Source: a candidate division FCPU426 bacterium (GTDB lineage Bacteria; Oederibacteriota; Muellerivitia; Muellerivitales; Muellerivitaceae). Taken from it: a stretch of DNA of 64,000 nt. Below the pieces are notes generated by a model. That model did not search any database, had not been told where the DNA came from, and saw only the letters and a list, made by a program, of their open reading frames with translations. Made by a program: the position numbers and the translations under genes. Numbering within the stretch: position 1 is the first letter of the stretch; the number at the start of each line of letters is the position of its first letter. Where the stretch lies: positions 102,930 to 166,929 of the forward strand of contig CAVYSE010000006.1 of NCBI GenBank assembly GCA_963771075.1, given 5' to 3'. Below, one piece after another: positions 1 through 11,057 of this stretch.

Positions 1-2
1 AG

Positions 3-1760
3 GTGGTGGAACGGCCCGCTTCCGTCGTGAAGGAATTGGTGGAAAATGCCCTGGACGCGGGCGCGGGCTGGATCGACGTGGAGATCGAGGGAGGCGGATT
101 AAAGCTGATCAAGGTTTCCGATGATGGGGATGGCATGGGCAAGGAAGACGCACGCCTGGCCGTCGAGAAACACGCCACCAGCAAGATTGAGTCGATTCAA
201 GATCTGTCAAATATCGGGACCTTTGGGTTTAGGGGCGAGGCCCTGGCCTCCATGGCTTCCGTATCCCATTTCGAGATCAATACCCGCCAAAAGGGGAACC
301 TTTCGGGCACCCAGATTCGCGTGAGGGGCGGGGGGGAACTCAAAGTCAGCGAGAGCGGTCGGCCTGAGGGCACGACCATGACGGTTTCAAACCTGTTTTT
401 TAACACCCCAGCCCGATTGAAATTCATGAAAAAACAATCCACAGAAGAAAACCATATTGTTCTAGTAATGAATACCTATGCCTTGGCCTGCCCTTCTGTT
501 GGATTTAAGCTTTCAATTGAGGGCAAGCCGGTTTTAAACGCGGCTCAAGGTGATTTTAAAACCCGACTTATCCAGGTTTTCGGCAAAGACACGGCTTCAC
601 ATTTGACCCCCCTTAACTATCAGGCAGGCGACATTAAGATTACGGGGGTTATTAGCACCCCGGCCATTTCCAAACCCACCCGGGAAAATATGCTCTATTT
701 CGTGAACCGGCGTTGGATCATGAACCCATCCCTGGGGCACGCGGTGATGACGGGTTTTCACACCTTGCTTCCCACGAGACGTTTTCCTGTATCCGCGCTA
801 TTCATCGAGATGCCGTCCAGCCAGGTAGATGTGAACGTTCACCCGACCAAGAGGGAAGTAAAGTTCGCCAAAGATAGGGAGGTTTATGACGCCATCGTAT
901 GGGCGGTTCGAAACGCCGTGTTGGAGGCCGACCCCAAATCCGGACCTTCCACCGCCTATATAAGTTCGAATGCACCGCAGCCCTATTCGGTCTTAAGGGC
1001 CGATGAAGCACAGCCTGCTCAGTCCCTTTGGGCCCCCATGTCCACCGCGCCGGACGCTCCCAGCCACACGAAAGATTACGCACCCTCAGAAATCAACCTG
1101 GGCCATTCCTACGTACCCAAAGAGGACTTTTCCAAATCCAACTTCCAGGCGCGGAAGATCGATCCCCAAATTCCCCTTTACCATTTCAGCCAGCTCTTCA
1201 ACACTTTCATCGTTTTTCAGTCAGATGAAGAGATGTTTATCGCCGACCAGCATACCGTGCATGAGAGGTTGAATTACGAGAAATTAATGAGGGGATTAAG
1301 CGAAAAAGCCCTTGAAATACAGCCTCTTTTGATCCCTGTAACCGTGGAACTTTCCGCCAAAGAGGCCCATTGGCTCAGGGATAAATTGGACTTGTTGATG
1401 GAACTGGGGATGGAAGTGGCGGCTTTCGGCGGGAATACTTTTGTGATTCGAACCGTTTTGGCGGACTTGGCGGGAAAGAATTTGGCCAATCTGTTGAGAG
1501 AATTAATTGAAGACCTTTCAAAAAAAGAAGCGGATGGAACGGGAGGGCCGAACCGGATCGATCAAATTCGGGAAAGATCGCTGACCTTTCTTTCCTGCCG
1601 GAGCGCGGTGATGGCGGGTGACCGTTTGAATGAGGAGCAAATGGTTGTCTTGATCGAACGGATGCGAAGTGCCAACCTTCCCTTTACCTGCCCTCATGGC
1701 CGTCCTACCATCCTTTCCATTCCCCTTTCCGAACTATACAAAAAATTCGACCGGCACTGA
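3..1760 (+). CDS. mutL: DNA mismatch repair protein MutL (N-terminus cut by window edge)
   Basis: VERPASVVKELVENALDAGA, GFRGEAL, DVNVHPTKREV, endonuclease motif DQHTVHER and CPHGRP. Confidence 0.97.
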   Translation: MVERPASVVKELVENALDAGAGWIDVEIEGGGLKLIKVSDDGDGMGKEDARLAVEKHATSKIESIQDLSNIGTFGFRGEALASMASVSHFEINTRQKGNLSGTQIRVRGGGELKVSESGRPEGTTMTVSNLFFNTPARLKFMKKQSTEENHIVLVMNTYALACPSVGFKLSIEGKPVLNAAQGDFKTRLIQVFGKDTASHLTPLNYQAGDIKITGVISTPAISKPTRENMLYFVNRRWIMNPSLGHAVMTGFHTLLPTRRFPVSALFIEMPSSQVDVNVHPTKREVKFAKDREVYDAIVWAVRNAVLEADPKSGPSTAYISSNAPQPYSVLRADEAQPAQSLWAPMSTAPDAPSHTKDYAPSEINLGHSYVPKEDFSKSNFQARKIDPQIPLYHFSQLFNTFIVFQSDEEMFIADQHTVHERLNYEKLMRGLSEKALEIQPLLIPVTVELSAKEAHWLRDKLDLLMELGMEVAAFGGNTFVIRTVLADLAGKNLANLLRELIEDLSKKEADGTGGPNRIDQIRERSLTFLSCRSAVMAGDRLNEEQMVVLIERMRSANLPFTCPHGRPTILSIPLSELYKKFDRH

Positions 1761-1767
1761 GGGTACT

Positions 1768-2691
1768 ATGACCCAGGAACCTCCCTTAATCTGCATTGTG
1801 GGCCCTACCGGCGTAGGCAAGTCGGAGATCGCTTTCGAAATCGCCAAGAAATTAGGTTATGAGATCCTTTCGTGCGACGCTTTTCAGGTTTACGAGGGCT
1901 TGGCCGTTGGGACGGCCCAACCCCTGTTGGAGTGGCAAAGGGAAGTTCCACATCATTTGGTGGGCTCGCGAAAACCATCCGACAGCTGGACGGCGGGTGA
2001 TTTTTCGAGAGAAGCTTCCGCGATCTTGGAGGAGAGAAAGAAAAAGAGAATAGGCGTAATATTGGTGGGAGGAGCTGGGTTTTATCTCAAATCTCTTCTG
2101 GAAGGCCCACCGTCCGGCACCGCGGTTGACCCAAAGGTACGGGAGGAAGTGGGGGAAAAGGTAGAAGCCATGGGTTTGGCGGGCGCCCATGAGTGGCTTA
2201 GGAAGCTAGATGCCCCGACGGCCCAAAGGATTCACGCCCATGACCGAATGAGGATATGTCGGGCCCTTGAGAAGGCCCTATCACCCATGGGCTTCACTCC
2301 AAAGGAATTTGAACCCGTTTTCGCCAAACTTTATGGGATTGAATGTGGAAGGGAAGAGCTGGATTGCTTGATTAAACTGAGATGCCAAAAGATGTGGGGG
2401 GAAGGGCTTCTGGAAGAAACCCAAAAGCTATATGCTCATCCTCATTCGGATAGCCTTCTTGCTTGGAAAGCCATTGGATATCTTGAGGCTTTACGTTACA
2501 TGAAACATGAAATGACTGAAGAAGAGTCGTTGGAGCGGATCTTTCGACGCACGCGTCAATATGCGAAAAGGCAATGGACGTGGTTCCGCCGACAGCATAA
2601 GGTGCAGTGGGTTCAAAGGAATATAAAAGAAGGTCATAAAGCTTTAGTTGAGGAACTTATTGTTAAGATCAATGACAAGAAGGAAAAATGA
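1768..2691 (+). CDS. miaA: tRNA dimethylallyltransferase
   Basis: GPTGVGKS P-loop, D-x-x-QVY, TRQYAKRQWTW; follows mutL; ATG at 1768 chosen over the upstream GTG. Confidence 0.95.
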   Translation: MTQEPPLICIVGPTGVGKSEIAFEIAKKLGYEILSCDAFQVYEGLAVGTAQPLLEWQREVPHHLVGSRKPSDSWTAGDFSREASAILEERKKKRIGVILVGGAGFYLKSLLEGPPSGTAVDPKVREEVGEKVEAMGLAGAHEWLRKLDAPTAQRIHAHDRMRICRALEKALSPMGFTPKEFEPVFAKLYGIECGREELDCLIKLRCQKMWGEGLLEETQKLYAHPHSDSLLAWKAIGYLEALRYMKHEMTEEESLERIFRRTRQYAKRQWTWFRRQHKVQWVQRNIKEGHKALVEELIVKINDKKEK

Positions 2692-3128
2692 GCCAAATTA
2701 GGATTAGGGTCGCCGGAATTTTGGTGAAAGATCAAAAGATTCTCCTTGTCCGGCATGAAAAGAATGGTCAAAGCTATTATTTATTGCCAGGCGGGGGGGT
2801 GGAGTTTGGGGAAACCGCGGGACAAGCCCTTACACGGGAATTCATGGAAGAGGTTGGTCTATCGGTTGAGGTAGGCAAATTGGTGATGGTGCAAGATTCG
2901 ATTCCGCCCGACCGCCATCGACAGGTACTCAATTTGTATTTTCTTGTTCAAACGCAGGGGACGGAGATAAAAGTCACTCAAGATAAGGTACTTAAGGGCG
3001 CAGCTTTCTTTGCCCTGGACCAGTTTCAAACCTTGAAAGTTAATCCGAATATTAAAAAAGAAATCTTGGAAGGTGAAATTAATCATTGGCAAGAAAGCTG
3101 CCGATATTTGGGAAATCGGTGGGATTGA
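2688..3128 (+). CDS. NUDIX hydrolase
   Basis: Nudix box GGGVEFGETAGQALTREFMEEVG; ATGA overlap with miaA. Confidence 0.9.
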   Translation: MSQIRIRVAGILVKDQKILLVRHEKNGQSYYLLPGGGVEFGETAGQALTREFMEEVGLSVEVGKLVMVQDSIPPDRHRQVLNLYFLVQTQGTEIKVTQDKVLKGAAFFALDQFQTLKVNPNIKKEILEGEINHWQESCRYLGNRWD

Positions 3129-3233
3129 TAAGTGCTGTAACAATAATCATATAAATTTTTTAAAATCGAAATGATAAAAACGCATTTTTTTCAATGATTG
3201 CAACGGTTTTAGAGGTTTGTTAACATCTACTCA

Positions 3234-4196
3234 ATGCTCCCACAGAATCCTTCACCGAAGAAACACACCCTGCTTTATATTCTTTTGGGTTTGGGTTGTT
3301 TTTTTATATTAACCATTGGTTTTATCTTCTATTCGATACAAAAGACCTTTTCCCATGGAAATTCAGCGATTTTTGCTGGAGATGACGAGATAACGCTCAT
3401 CAATATCAAGGGCCCCATTTATGAAAGCGACGATATTGTCCGAAGGATCAAAAAGTTCAAAAAAAGCGATAAAAAAGCCCTTCTTTTACGTTTGGATAGC
3501 CCTGGCGGAGCCGTAGCGCCATCTCAAGAGATATATACCGAAATTCTGAGGGCAAGGGAAAGCAAAAAGTTAGTTGTTGCTAGCATGTCCAGTTTGGCGG
3601 CGTCCGGAGCTTATTATATCGCCTCAGCCTGTGACCGTATCGTGGCCAATCCTGGCACCTTGACCGGTTCTATTGGGGTGATCGCGGAATTCCCAGATGC
3701 TTCGATCCTACTAAAAAAAGTCGGATTGAATTTTGAGACGATTAAAAGTGGCCAATTCAAGGACACGGGCTCTTTTAATAGGCCGATGACCCCCCGGGAA
3801 CGGCAATATTTACAGGAAACGATTAACGATGTTTATGCCCAGTTTTTACAGTCGGTGGTGGATGGTCGGCGAAAGATTTTTCAAGAGAAACTCTCTAAAA
3901 TTTTAAAGAAACCGGCTGATTCGGTCTCTGATCAGGAGATAATTGCCTATATTAAACCCGTTGCCGATGGCAGAGTATTGACTGGAAGTAAGGCCTATGA
4001 GCTCGGTTTTGTGGATCAATTGGGGAATTACGAGGACGCGGTCAAGGTGACGGCGGAACTCGCCGGAATCAAGGGTGAACCCACCGTGCGGCAAGACGCA
4101 CCCAGTAAATTGGACCAATGGGTGAACGGGCTATTACCCTTTTCGCTCTTTTCTCGCAATAGCGCTGGGTTTCAATTGGAATATCGTTCATTTTGA
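3234..4196 (+). CDS. sppA: Signal peptide peptidase SppA (S49, 36K type)
   Basis: N-terminal TM, RLDSPGG, AASGAYYIA, TGSIGV, KSGQFKD. Confidence 0.93.
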   Translation: MLPQNPSPKKHTLLYILLGLGCFFILTIGFIFYSIQKTFSHGNSAIFAGDDEITLINIKGPIYESDDIVRRIKKFKKSDKKALLLRLDSPGGAVAPSQEIYTEILRARESKKLVVASMSSLAASGAYYIASACDRIVANPGTLTGSIGVIAEFPDASILLKKVGLNFETIKSGQFKDTGSFNRPMTPRERQYLQETINDVYAQFLQSVVDGRRKIFQEKLSKILKKPADSVSDQEIIAYIKPVADGRVLTGSKAYELGFVDQLGNYEDAVKVTAELAGIKGEPTVRQDAPSKLDQWVNGLLPFSLFSRNSAGFQLEYRSF

Positions 4197-4219
4197 TTTC
4201 GAGTTAACTGGAGGACAAA

Positions 4220-6052
4220 TTGGCCGAAGCAAAAACTGCCCCAACCCCCGCGCCCGCGGCCGTACCCGAGGTATCCGCCGCGCCCAAGACCGAAAACGCC
4301 TTTTTAAAAGCCGTCTCCCGGCTTCTGTCTACCACCTTTTTCCTGGTTTCCGGGTTCGTTTGTGTTCTCTTTGGGATCTTGGCGCATGAAAAACACTGGG
4401 ATCTGGGACCGGTCACTCAAATGTTGAACGAACACCAGTGGAAATTGACGTACCTGCTGGTGGGGCTTGGGTTGATTCTCATTGCTCAGGCCAGGATCAA
4501 TGTCTATCGCCTTTACTCGGAAGAGGCTCAAAAGAACCGTAATTCGGCCCATGGTTGGAAGATTCCCCTTGTGGTCGCGCAAATATTGATGTTTCAACTC
4601 GCCGGGCTTTACGGATTTTTGGTCGGGTTTGATGTCATCAAGAATCCTGTTAGAAATTTGATGTTCTTTTTTGGGATTGTGATCTTTATCCTGGCTTACC
4701 TCTTCTGGTATCTCATCGCTCATTTCTTTAACCGATATAAAAACCTCGCGGGACTGCAAATCGCAAGAACCGCTTTGATATTAGCCGTTATATCCTTTAT
4801 CGCCTGGAACGGATTGCAGTTTGTGCTGCTCAGCCTTTTAGCGGGGTTCTTTTCCGTGTTGGCCCTCTTGATATCGTTGGGGATAGCGCCTTTTAAAAAA
4901 GAGGAGACCCGGGGAAATTGGATTCGACCGCTTTATTTAATGTTGTCCGTTTTGTTGTTGCTCCCGGTCGGGCTGGCCGCGAATCCGATCAAGTACAACA
5001 TCGCCCATTTGATCGAGTTGGGTCCGGCTGCTCAAAACCTGACCGGGCAAATCGACAATTTAACCTACACACCCGACAGCAAAAAAATCGCCTTCACTCA
5101 AAAAAACGAGAAGGGATGGTTTTTATGTTTGTTGGACCCCGAGGCGACAGATAACAAAATCGTCAACTATCAGGCGGGGGACGGGGCCTTCACCCCGGTA
5201 TTTGTAAATAAGGGTTCATCGGTTCTTTTGGATATTCTCAAGGGAAGTACGCGCGACCTATATCTTTTAACCTTCAATAACAATGAACCCCAAAAGAGTA
5301 CGCTAAAGGCTTTGACCCATTCGGGCGTCGAGCTCATAAAGGGAGGCATTCCCTGGTCGGAATCGAAACAGCAATTTTTGTACGTGACCAAAACATTGAA
5401 AGGTTTTCAGCTTAACGCTTTGTTTTTGCCGACCGGGAAATCGGTTAAAGTGTTTGAATCGGCCCAACCCATCCTGTCTCCTGCTTGGGTGAGTTCCGGC
5501 TATCAAATCGCATATACGGATGGTATTTGCGAGCGCCCTTATATCTACGATCAAGAATTAAAGATTTCCAAGGCCCTCTTTTCGGACGATGAAAGGGCGC
5601 AGATTGCAGCTTCGGGTGGCAAACTTAGGCTCGGTTTGCCAGCGACGGAGGTTCTTCCCTCCAACGACGCCTTTCGCTATTTATTCAAATGCGTGAAGGA
5701 TGACGTGACGGTCCTGGAAACAGCTTTGGCGGACGGTTCCAAGGCGAACGAGGTTTATCGGTCCTTCCAGCCGATCGATCATCTTTCTTGGATGGATTTG
5801 GGCCAAAAAATCATATTCGAGGAAGCCGGTCGGCAAGCGATGTATTTCCGGAAATCGAAGCAAATCCTAATCGAAGAGGCGAACCAGACCGGTGCCGAAA
5901 TGGAATCCTTGATTTGGCCGCAAATTTCCCACCATTCACCCGCTCCTTCTCCCGATGGGGTTAAAGTAGCCTTCGTGGGAAGTTCTGGCCTTTGGTATCC
6001 GTCTTTTGGTTTACAGGACCATTCCGGAATTTGGGTTGCCGTATTGCATTAA
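4220..6052 (+). CDS. Multi-pass membrane protein with C-terminal TolB-like beta-propeller
   Basis: About 7 hydrophobic segments, then PD40-like repeats (YTPDSKKIAF, SPAPSPDGVKVAF). Confidence 0.7.
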   Translation: MAEAKTAPTPAPAAVPEVSAAPKTENAFLKAVSRLLSTTFFLVSGFVCVLFGILAHEKHWDLGPVTQMLNEHQWKLTYLLVGLGLILIAQARINVYRLYSEEAQKNRNSAHGWKIPLVVAQILMFQLAGLYGFLVGFDVIKNPVRNLMFFFGIVIFILAYLFWYLIAHFFNRYKNLAGLQIARTALILAVISFIAWNGLQFVLLSLLAGFFSVLALLISLGIAPFKKEETRGNWIRPLYLMLSVLLLLPVGLAANPIKYNIAHLIELGPAAQNLTGQIDNLTYTPDSKKIAFTQKNEKGWFLCLLDPEATDNKIVNYQAGDGAFTPVFVNKGSSVLLDILKGSTRDLYLLTFNNNEPQKSTLKALTHSGVELIKGGIPWSESKQQFLYVTKTLKGFQLNALFLPTGKSVKVFESAQPILSPAWVSSGYQIAYTDGICERPYIYDQELKISKALFSDDERAQIAASGGKLRLGLPATEVLPSNDAFRYLFKCVKDDVTVLETALADGSKANEVYRSFQPIDHLSWMDLGQKIIFEEAGRQAMYFRKSKQILIEEANQTGAEMESLIWPQISHHSPAPSPDGVKVAFVGSSGLWYPSFGLQDHSGIWVAVLH

Positions 6053-6082
6053 CGGTCCTAGGCTCTCCTGGGGAGACAGGGA

Positions 6083-9000
6083 ATGGGGGTTAAACCGGTT
6101 ATTTTCTTCGCCTGGTTTCTTTTTCTGTTCTTTTTTCCCGTTTGTTCAAATATTTTCGGTCTCGAATTGGGCTACAACAAGGTTCGATACCATGACCGGG
6201 CCTGGCAAATCCTAGAGAGTTCCCACTTTCAAATTTACTATTACTCCCCTTGCGAGGATTTAGCCAAGGTCGCCGTTCAATATGCCGAAGCGGCCTTTTT
6301 ACCCACCTGCCAGGCTTTCGATTATGTCCCCAAATCCAAAATTCCGCTCTTCGTTTACGCGACCGGATTGGAATTCCAAGAAACCAACATTACCTCCGAA
6401 ATATTGGGGGAAGGGGTAGGGGGTTTCACCGAGGTTTTCAAGAACCGCATCGTTCTGCCAATGGATGGGTCCTACCATGAGTTTGAAAAGGTGCTTCACC
6501 ATGAATTAACCCACGCGTTCCAATACGACGTTATTTACGGCGAAGGCTGGAGATCCATCAACCTCTTTAAGGCGGTTTCGGTTCCAACATGGATGATGGA
6601 GGGAATGGCGGAATGGAACGCGCAACATCTGGACGCCCAGGGTGAAATGGTTTTGAGGGACGCCGTATTAAACGACCAAGTTATGCCGCTTTCCCTTCTG
6701 GACTCGTTCGACCATTTTGAGCAGGTTTACATGGCCTATAAGGAATCCCAGAGCATCCTGGACTATATTTCCCAGGTTTACGGCCGGGATAAGGTTCCCC
6801 AGCTCTTTTTAAAAATGGCGGGGAACCAATCGATGGAGACTATCGCCAAAACGCAAATAGGAATCACATTTCAGGAACTATATCAACACTGGCTTTTCTA
6901 TTACAAATCTCAAGCCTGGTCCCGAATCAAGGGGATGCCGGAGATTGAGCGTTACGGGGAAAAGCTTCTTGATGGTGTGAGCCGGTCGTTTTGGTCCCCG
7001 GACGGAAGCCAATTGGCATGCCTGATGGGGGACCGACTTTTTCTTTTGAATCCCGATACGAAAAAAGAAGAAACGATCCTTCAACGGCATTTTCAAACGA
7101 GGGGAAGAGCGGTTTCCTGGTCCCCGGATGGCAAACGATTGATCTTCGCGGCCGTAGAGGAGGGGGAGTACCGGATTTATCTGTACGACCTGTTTTCCCA
7201 TCGATTGAGCCGGTTGGGTTTTAACGAATTTCCGGAAGTTAATTCTCCGGTTTTTTCCCCGGATGGGAAATACGCCCTTTTTTCCGCTTTCGATTACCGA
7301 TCCACGGATCTATACCGGGCGGACTTATTGACAAGGAAGATCGAAAGATTGACAGACGACGACCACACCAAAGCCTGGTGCCAATATGAACCCAATGGCC
7401 GTTTTATTTATTTTTTGGATGAATGGGAAGGGAAAACTTCGATCAAGCGGCTTGAACTTGATGGAAACGGCCTGCCAACAGGCAAATCCACTGAGTTGGA
7501 TTTGCCGGCGGGAACTGTTTCGTCCTTTTGGGTGAATACTGGTTCGGTTTTTTTTACCTCAAACGCCGCGAAAAAAATATTCAACCTATTTCAAACGGAT
7601 ATGGACGGGGCCCATTGCGTTCAACTGACAAACAGTTTCACGGACGTGGTAGATGCGGAACCGGCAGTGGATGGACAGCGGACGGCAGCTATTGTTTATC
7701 AGAAAGGCAAAGAATCCTTATACCTATTAACTTCAAACCATTATGAAAGCCTTGTTCCAACACCGAGCTCGGTTATAGGCTCAAACGATAATCAGTTCCT
7801 ATCCGATTCCTTTTCAAACGCGGACAAGGTGATCGCCGCAAAATCGCTGGCGGGAATCACTCCGAGCGCAACACCCAATGTCGATGGCACACAGATGGGG
7901 AAGCTTTCCCAAGCGGTCAGTGCGCCTTCGAAGGTCGATCATTTGGAAGTGTCCGACGCTTCCAGTTTGGTGGTCTTGAAATGGACGCCGCTAGACCCAG
8001 ATACCAACACGGTGGAGGGTTACCGAATCTATCGCTCAGCCTCCCCTCAATCCGACTTTGCCTTTATCGGCAAAACGGAAGCCGCCAAACCCTGCCAATA
8101 CGCCGATTTCACAGCGCTAAGGGGAAAAACTTATCAATACTATGTCACGGCTTTTAACTCGGCCGGGGAAAGTCCCCGTTCAAAGACGGTCCAGGCGAAT
8201 CCCCAACTGACCCTCACGAATAAGGATTATGAGTTTACTTTTACACCCGATATCATGCTCTTCCTGGCCGGGTACGACAGTTCTTTCGGTTTCGTGGGTG
8301 GGGGATTGGCTCAAATGAGCGATTATTTGGGGGATCACCGCTTATCCTTGATGGGCGACACCATTCCAAGTGTCCAAACCGGATTGGAGGCGAATTATGA
8401 ATTTTCCCACTGGCGGACCACGGTTGACGCCGATTTTTATTATTTCCAGAATTATTTCCAGGTCTACGACCTTCAATCCGGGAATATCGTGGATCAGTAC
8501 CGCAACAATGAGAACGGTTTTGACCTTAATTTCACATATCCAATCGATTTTTCCACTCGTGTTGAGTACGGGATAGGTAGCCAAAGATTTGAGGGAAGTC
8601 CGCTTTATCTTCAGTTTTCCGAAGGTATTTCCAATTTCTCACTGGATACGAATCAATGGGATGTTGCGAATTTCTACACCCTTTCATTCGTGAAAGACGA
8701 GAGAAAGGCCACCCATTTCTGGGCCTCCAGCGGCTACGCCTTAAACTTCACGTTGCTTCAGGCATTGCCGATCCTGGACGCCAATGTCCAATTCGCAAAC
8801 CTGCTTTTGGAAACGCAATCTTACGCGGATATTGGTTTCTTAAACCATCTCATTTGGGCGAACCGGCTAATCGGGATGACCTCGCAGGGGCCCAATCCCC
8901 AAACTTTTTTTATAGGGAATGACGCCCCGTTCCAAGCTTATTTCACGACCATCCGGGGTTATGGCGGAACTACCTTCTTCGGGAATAATTTGGCGTTATT

Positions 9001-9292
9001 AAATTCCGAGTTGAGGTATCCATTTGCGACCGACCTCAATTTTCCACTTCAACCCCTCTCCTTTTTATTGCTCAAAGATATCGAATTGGCCGGGTTTTTA
9101 GACGCGGGGATGACCAACAACAATATTGAGGATATTTCGACGACGCCGTTATTGTGGAGCCTAGGCACAGGATTGCGATTTTACACTTCCGTTTATCAAA
9201 GGGCGCTCATCATGTTTCGCTTTGACGTTGCCTGGCGCATGGATGGAACATACCCGCCCACCTTTAATTTCAATTTGGCCCCAATGTTTTGA
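6083..9292 (+). CDS. Zinc peptidase (MA-like) + TolB-like propeller + FN3 + Omp85/BamA-like barrel
   Basis: Signal peptide, HHELTHAFQ...WMMEGMAE, WSPDG repeats, FN3 motif (YRIYRS...YYVTAFNSAGES), IRGY and C-terminal Phe. Confidence 0.75.
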   Translation: MGVKPVIFFAWFLFLFFFPVCSNIFGLELGYNKVRYHDRAWQILESSHFQIYYYSPCEDLAKVAVQYAEAAFLPTCQAFDYVPKSKIPLFVYATGLEFQETNITSEILGEGVGGFTEVFKNRIVLPMDGSYHEFEKVLHHELTHAFQYDVIYGEGWRSINLFKAVSVPTWMMEGMAEWNAQHLDAQGEMVLRDAVLNDQVMPLSLLDSFDHFEQVYMAYKESQSILDYISQVYGRDKVPQLFLKMAGNQSMETIAKTQIGITFQELYQHWLFYYKSQAWSRIKGMPEIERYGEKLLDGVSRSFWSPDGSQLACLMGDRLFLLNPDTKKEETILQRHFQTRGRAVSWSPDGKRLIFAAVEEGEYRIYLYDLFSHRLSRLGFNEFPEVNSPVFSPDGKYALFSAFDYRSTDLYRADLLTRKIERLTDDDHTKAWCQYEPNGRFIYFLDEWEGKTSIKRLELDGNGLPTGKSTELDLPAGTVSSFWVNTGSVFFTSNAAKKIFNLFQTDMDGAHCVQLTNSFTDVVDAEPAVDGQRTAAIVYQKGKESLYLLTSNHYESLVPTPSSVIGSNDNQFLSDSFSNADKVIAAKSLAGITPSATPNVDGTQMGKLSQAVSAPSKVDHLEVSDASSLVVLKWTPLDPDTNTVEGYRIYRSASPQSDFAFIGKTEAAKPCQYADFTALRGKTYQYYVTAFNSAGESPRSKTVQANPQLTLTNKDYEFTFTPDIMLFLAGYDSSFGFVGGGLAQMSDYLGDHRLSLMGDTIPSVQTGLEANYEFSHWRTTVDADFYYFQNYFQVYDLQSGNIVDQYRNNENGFDLNFTYPIDFSTRVEYGIGSQRFEGSPLYLQFSEGISNFSLDTNQWDVANFYTLSFVKDERKATHFWASSGYALNFTLLQALPILDANVQFANLLLETQSYADIGFLNHLIWANRLIGMTSQGPNPQTFFIGNDAPFQAYFTTIRGYGGTTFFGNNLALLNSELRYPFATDLNFPLQPLSFLLLKDIELAGFLDAGMTNNNIEDISTTPLLWSLGTGLRFYTSVYQRALIMFRFDVAWRMDGTYPPTFNFNLAPMF

Positions 9293-9382
9293 ATGAAAGG
9301 CTTAAATTCTTTTACCCGGCGGGTTGTAAACGGTATAATATTCAAGTTTCAGGCTGATTTTAGGGGAAAAGAGGTTTTCTCA

Positions 9383-10012
9383 TTGAAAAAGGCAATTTTG
9401 CTTTTTATAACGTTTTTTGCTGGTCCGATCATTTGGGTTTTGGCCGAAAATCAAGGGGATTTATTTTTTACCCACTACGAAGATATCCGGTTAGATTTCT
9501 TGAGGACTCAATATTCCCAGATCAATAACGGAAGGCCGATAAGGATTGAAGGTTATTATAAAGGGGTTCACTGGAAATCACCGATTGCTTATAAGGAACG
9601 GCTCGAAAAAATCGGATTCGATGTTAATAAATACAATGTTTTAGAGATGAGTTTGAAGGAACTGGATAATATCCATTTCGCCTTTCCCGTGATTCTTGTT
9701 CAATCCTCCATTGGCGATTTACATGAATTGAATAATCTGGTGGATGGACAGAAAGTCGCCCTCTATGGCAAATACTACAAATTGGAAAAATCAGAGTATG
9801 CTCTGGAATTAGAAGTCCTTGAGGGAACTTCACCTAGCCGGGGAAGCCACGAAGTAGGAATCGTATTGGATGCAAGGGTCGCTTTTTCACCCACACCTAC
9901 GCCCACAGTGACCTCTACGCCCCAACCAAGTTTATATCAAAAGGTGAATAATTGGATTAATCCCAAGGAATCACCTACTCCCGGGTCAACCGAGACCCCT
10001 ACAAGTAAATAA
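9383..10012 (+). CDS. Hypothetical exported protein with Thr/Pro-rich tail
   Basis: TTG at 9383 with GAGG RBS, signal-peptide-like N-terminus, PTPTPT tail. Confidence 0.6.
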   Translation: MKKAILLFITFFAGPIIWVLAENQGDLFFTHYEDIRLDFLRTQYSQINNGRPIRIEGYYKGVHWKSPIAYKERLEKIGFDVNKYNVLEMSLKELDNIHFAFPVILVQSSIGDLHELNNLVDGQKVALYGKYYKLEKSEYALELEVLEGTSPSRGSHEVGIVLDARVAFSPTPTPTVTSTPQPSLYQKVNNWINPKESPTPGSTETPTSK

Positions 10013-10289
10013 ATTTCCATAAATCTCGTTTTGAAGAAAAGGGAATTAACTTATAAGTTGTTATTAACTCGATTTGACCCCATTCCTTATAAGTTTTATG
10101 GAAAAGCGTATAAGGAAGCCTTAATTTTACAGTTGTTATTAGGCGATCAACAAAGATTGGAACGTTTCAAACCCTTTATTGGGTCTGATCATCATGATGC
10201 CACCAAGGTTAGACTTAAAGTAAAACCGAGCCGTTAAAGTTGATTCTCTTGAATGGGCCTAAAGTAATTGTATAACTGGGGAGTTCGCC

Positions 10290-11057
10290 TTGGGTATCCA
10301 CTTAAGAATTATCGGAGTGGGACAACCAGTCGTCTTGCTTCATGCCTTTCCATTGAATTCCCAAATGTTTCATCTAAATCAATTACCGGGTTATCAGTTT
10401 ATCTTCCCGGATTTTCCAGGTTTTGGGTATTCAACGTTTATAGAACCTGACGTGAACATGGGAGTGATTGCCGAGGCGCTCAACCGGAGACTGAATGAGA
10501 TATTAGATCCCGATAAAATCTTGGTTCTGGGCGGAATATCCATGGGAGGTTATTTAGCTTTTGAATATTTACGTAAGTTTCCCGAAAAGGTGTCCAAATT
10601 AATATTGATTTCCACCCGGGCGGGTTTGGACACGCCTCAAGCCAAACAAAACAGGATCGCCATGGCTGAGAAGGTCGAAAACATAGGTCTGGGTTTGTTG
10701 CCTGAAGCTTTACCTAAGGGTCTTTTGGGTATGACAACGCAAAATAATAATCCTGTGTTGGTTGAGGCGGTGAAGCGATTCATTCTATCTTCCACACCAA
10801 ATGCATTTGCTTCAGCACAAAGGGTCATGGCCAACAGGTGTAATCAAACGGATATTTTACCGAATATTAAACAGAAAACCTTGGTACTGGCTGGTTCCGA
10901 GGATGGCTTAATTCCGGTCGCAGAGACAAAGTTCATGGCGTCATTAATCCCCAACGCGCAATTTAGATTGATCGAACATGTGGGCCACTTGATCCCATTG
11001 GAAGATCCGGAAGAATTCCAAAGCCTAATTGCGGAATTTCTTTTAGCCACATCTTGA
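10290..11057 (+). CDS. Alpha/beta hydrolase
   Basis: LLHAFP, DFPGFG, GISMGG nucleophile elbow, GSED, GHL. Confidence 0.9.
   Translation: MGIHLRIIGVGQPVVLLHAFPLNSQMFHLNQLPGYQFIFPDFPGFGYSTFIEPDVNMGVIAEALNRRLNEILDPDKILVLGGISMGGYLAFEYLRKFPEKVSKLILISTRAGLDTPQAKQNRIAMAEKVENIGLGLLPEALPKGLLGMTTQNNNPVLVEAVKRFILSSTPNAFASAQRVMANRCNQTDILPNIKQKTLVLAGSEDGLIPVAETKFMASLIPNAQFRLIEHVGHLIPLEDPEEFQSLIAEFLLATS

Noticed and set aside
10031..10237. 68-aa ORF between the exported protein and the hydrolase
   Set aside because: TTG start without a clear RBS and no recognisable motif; it may be real but cannot be supported.
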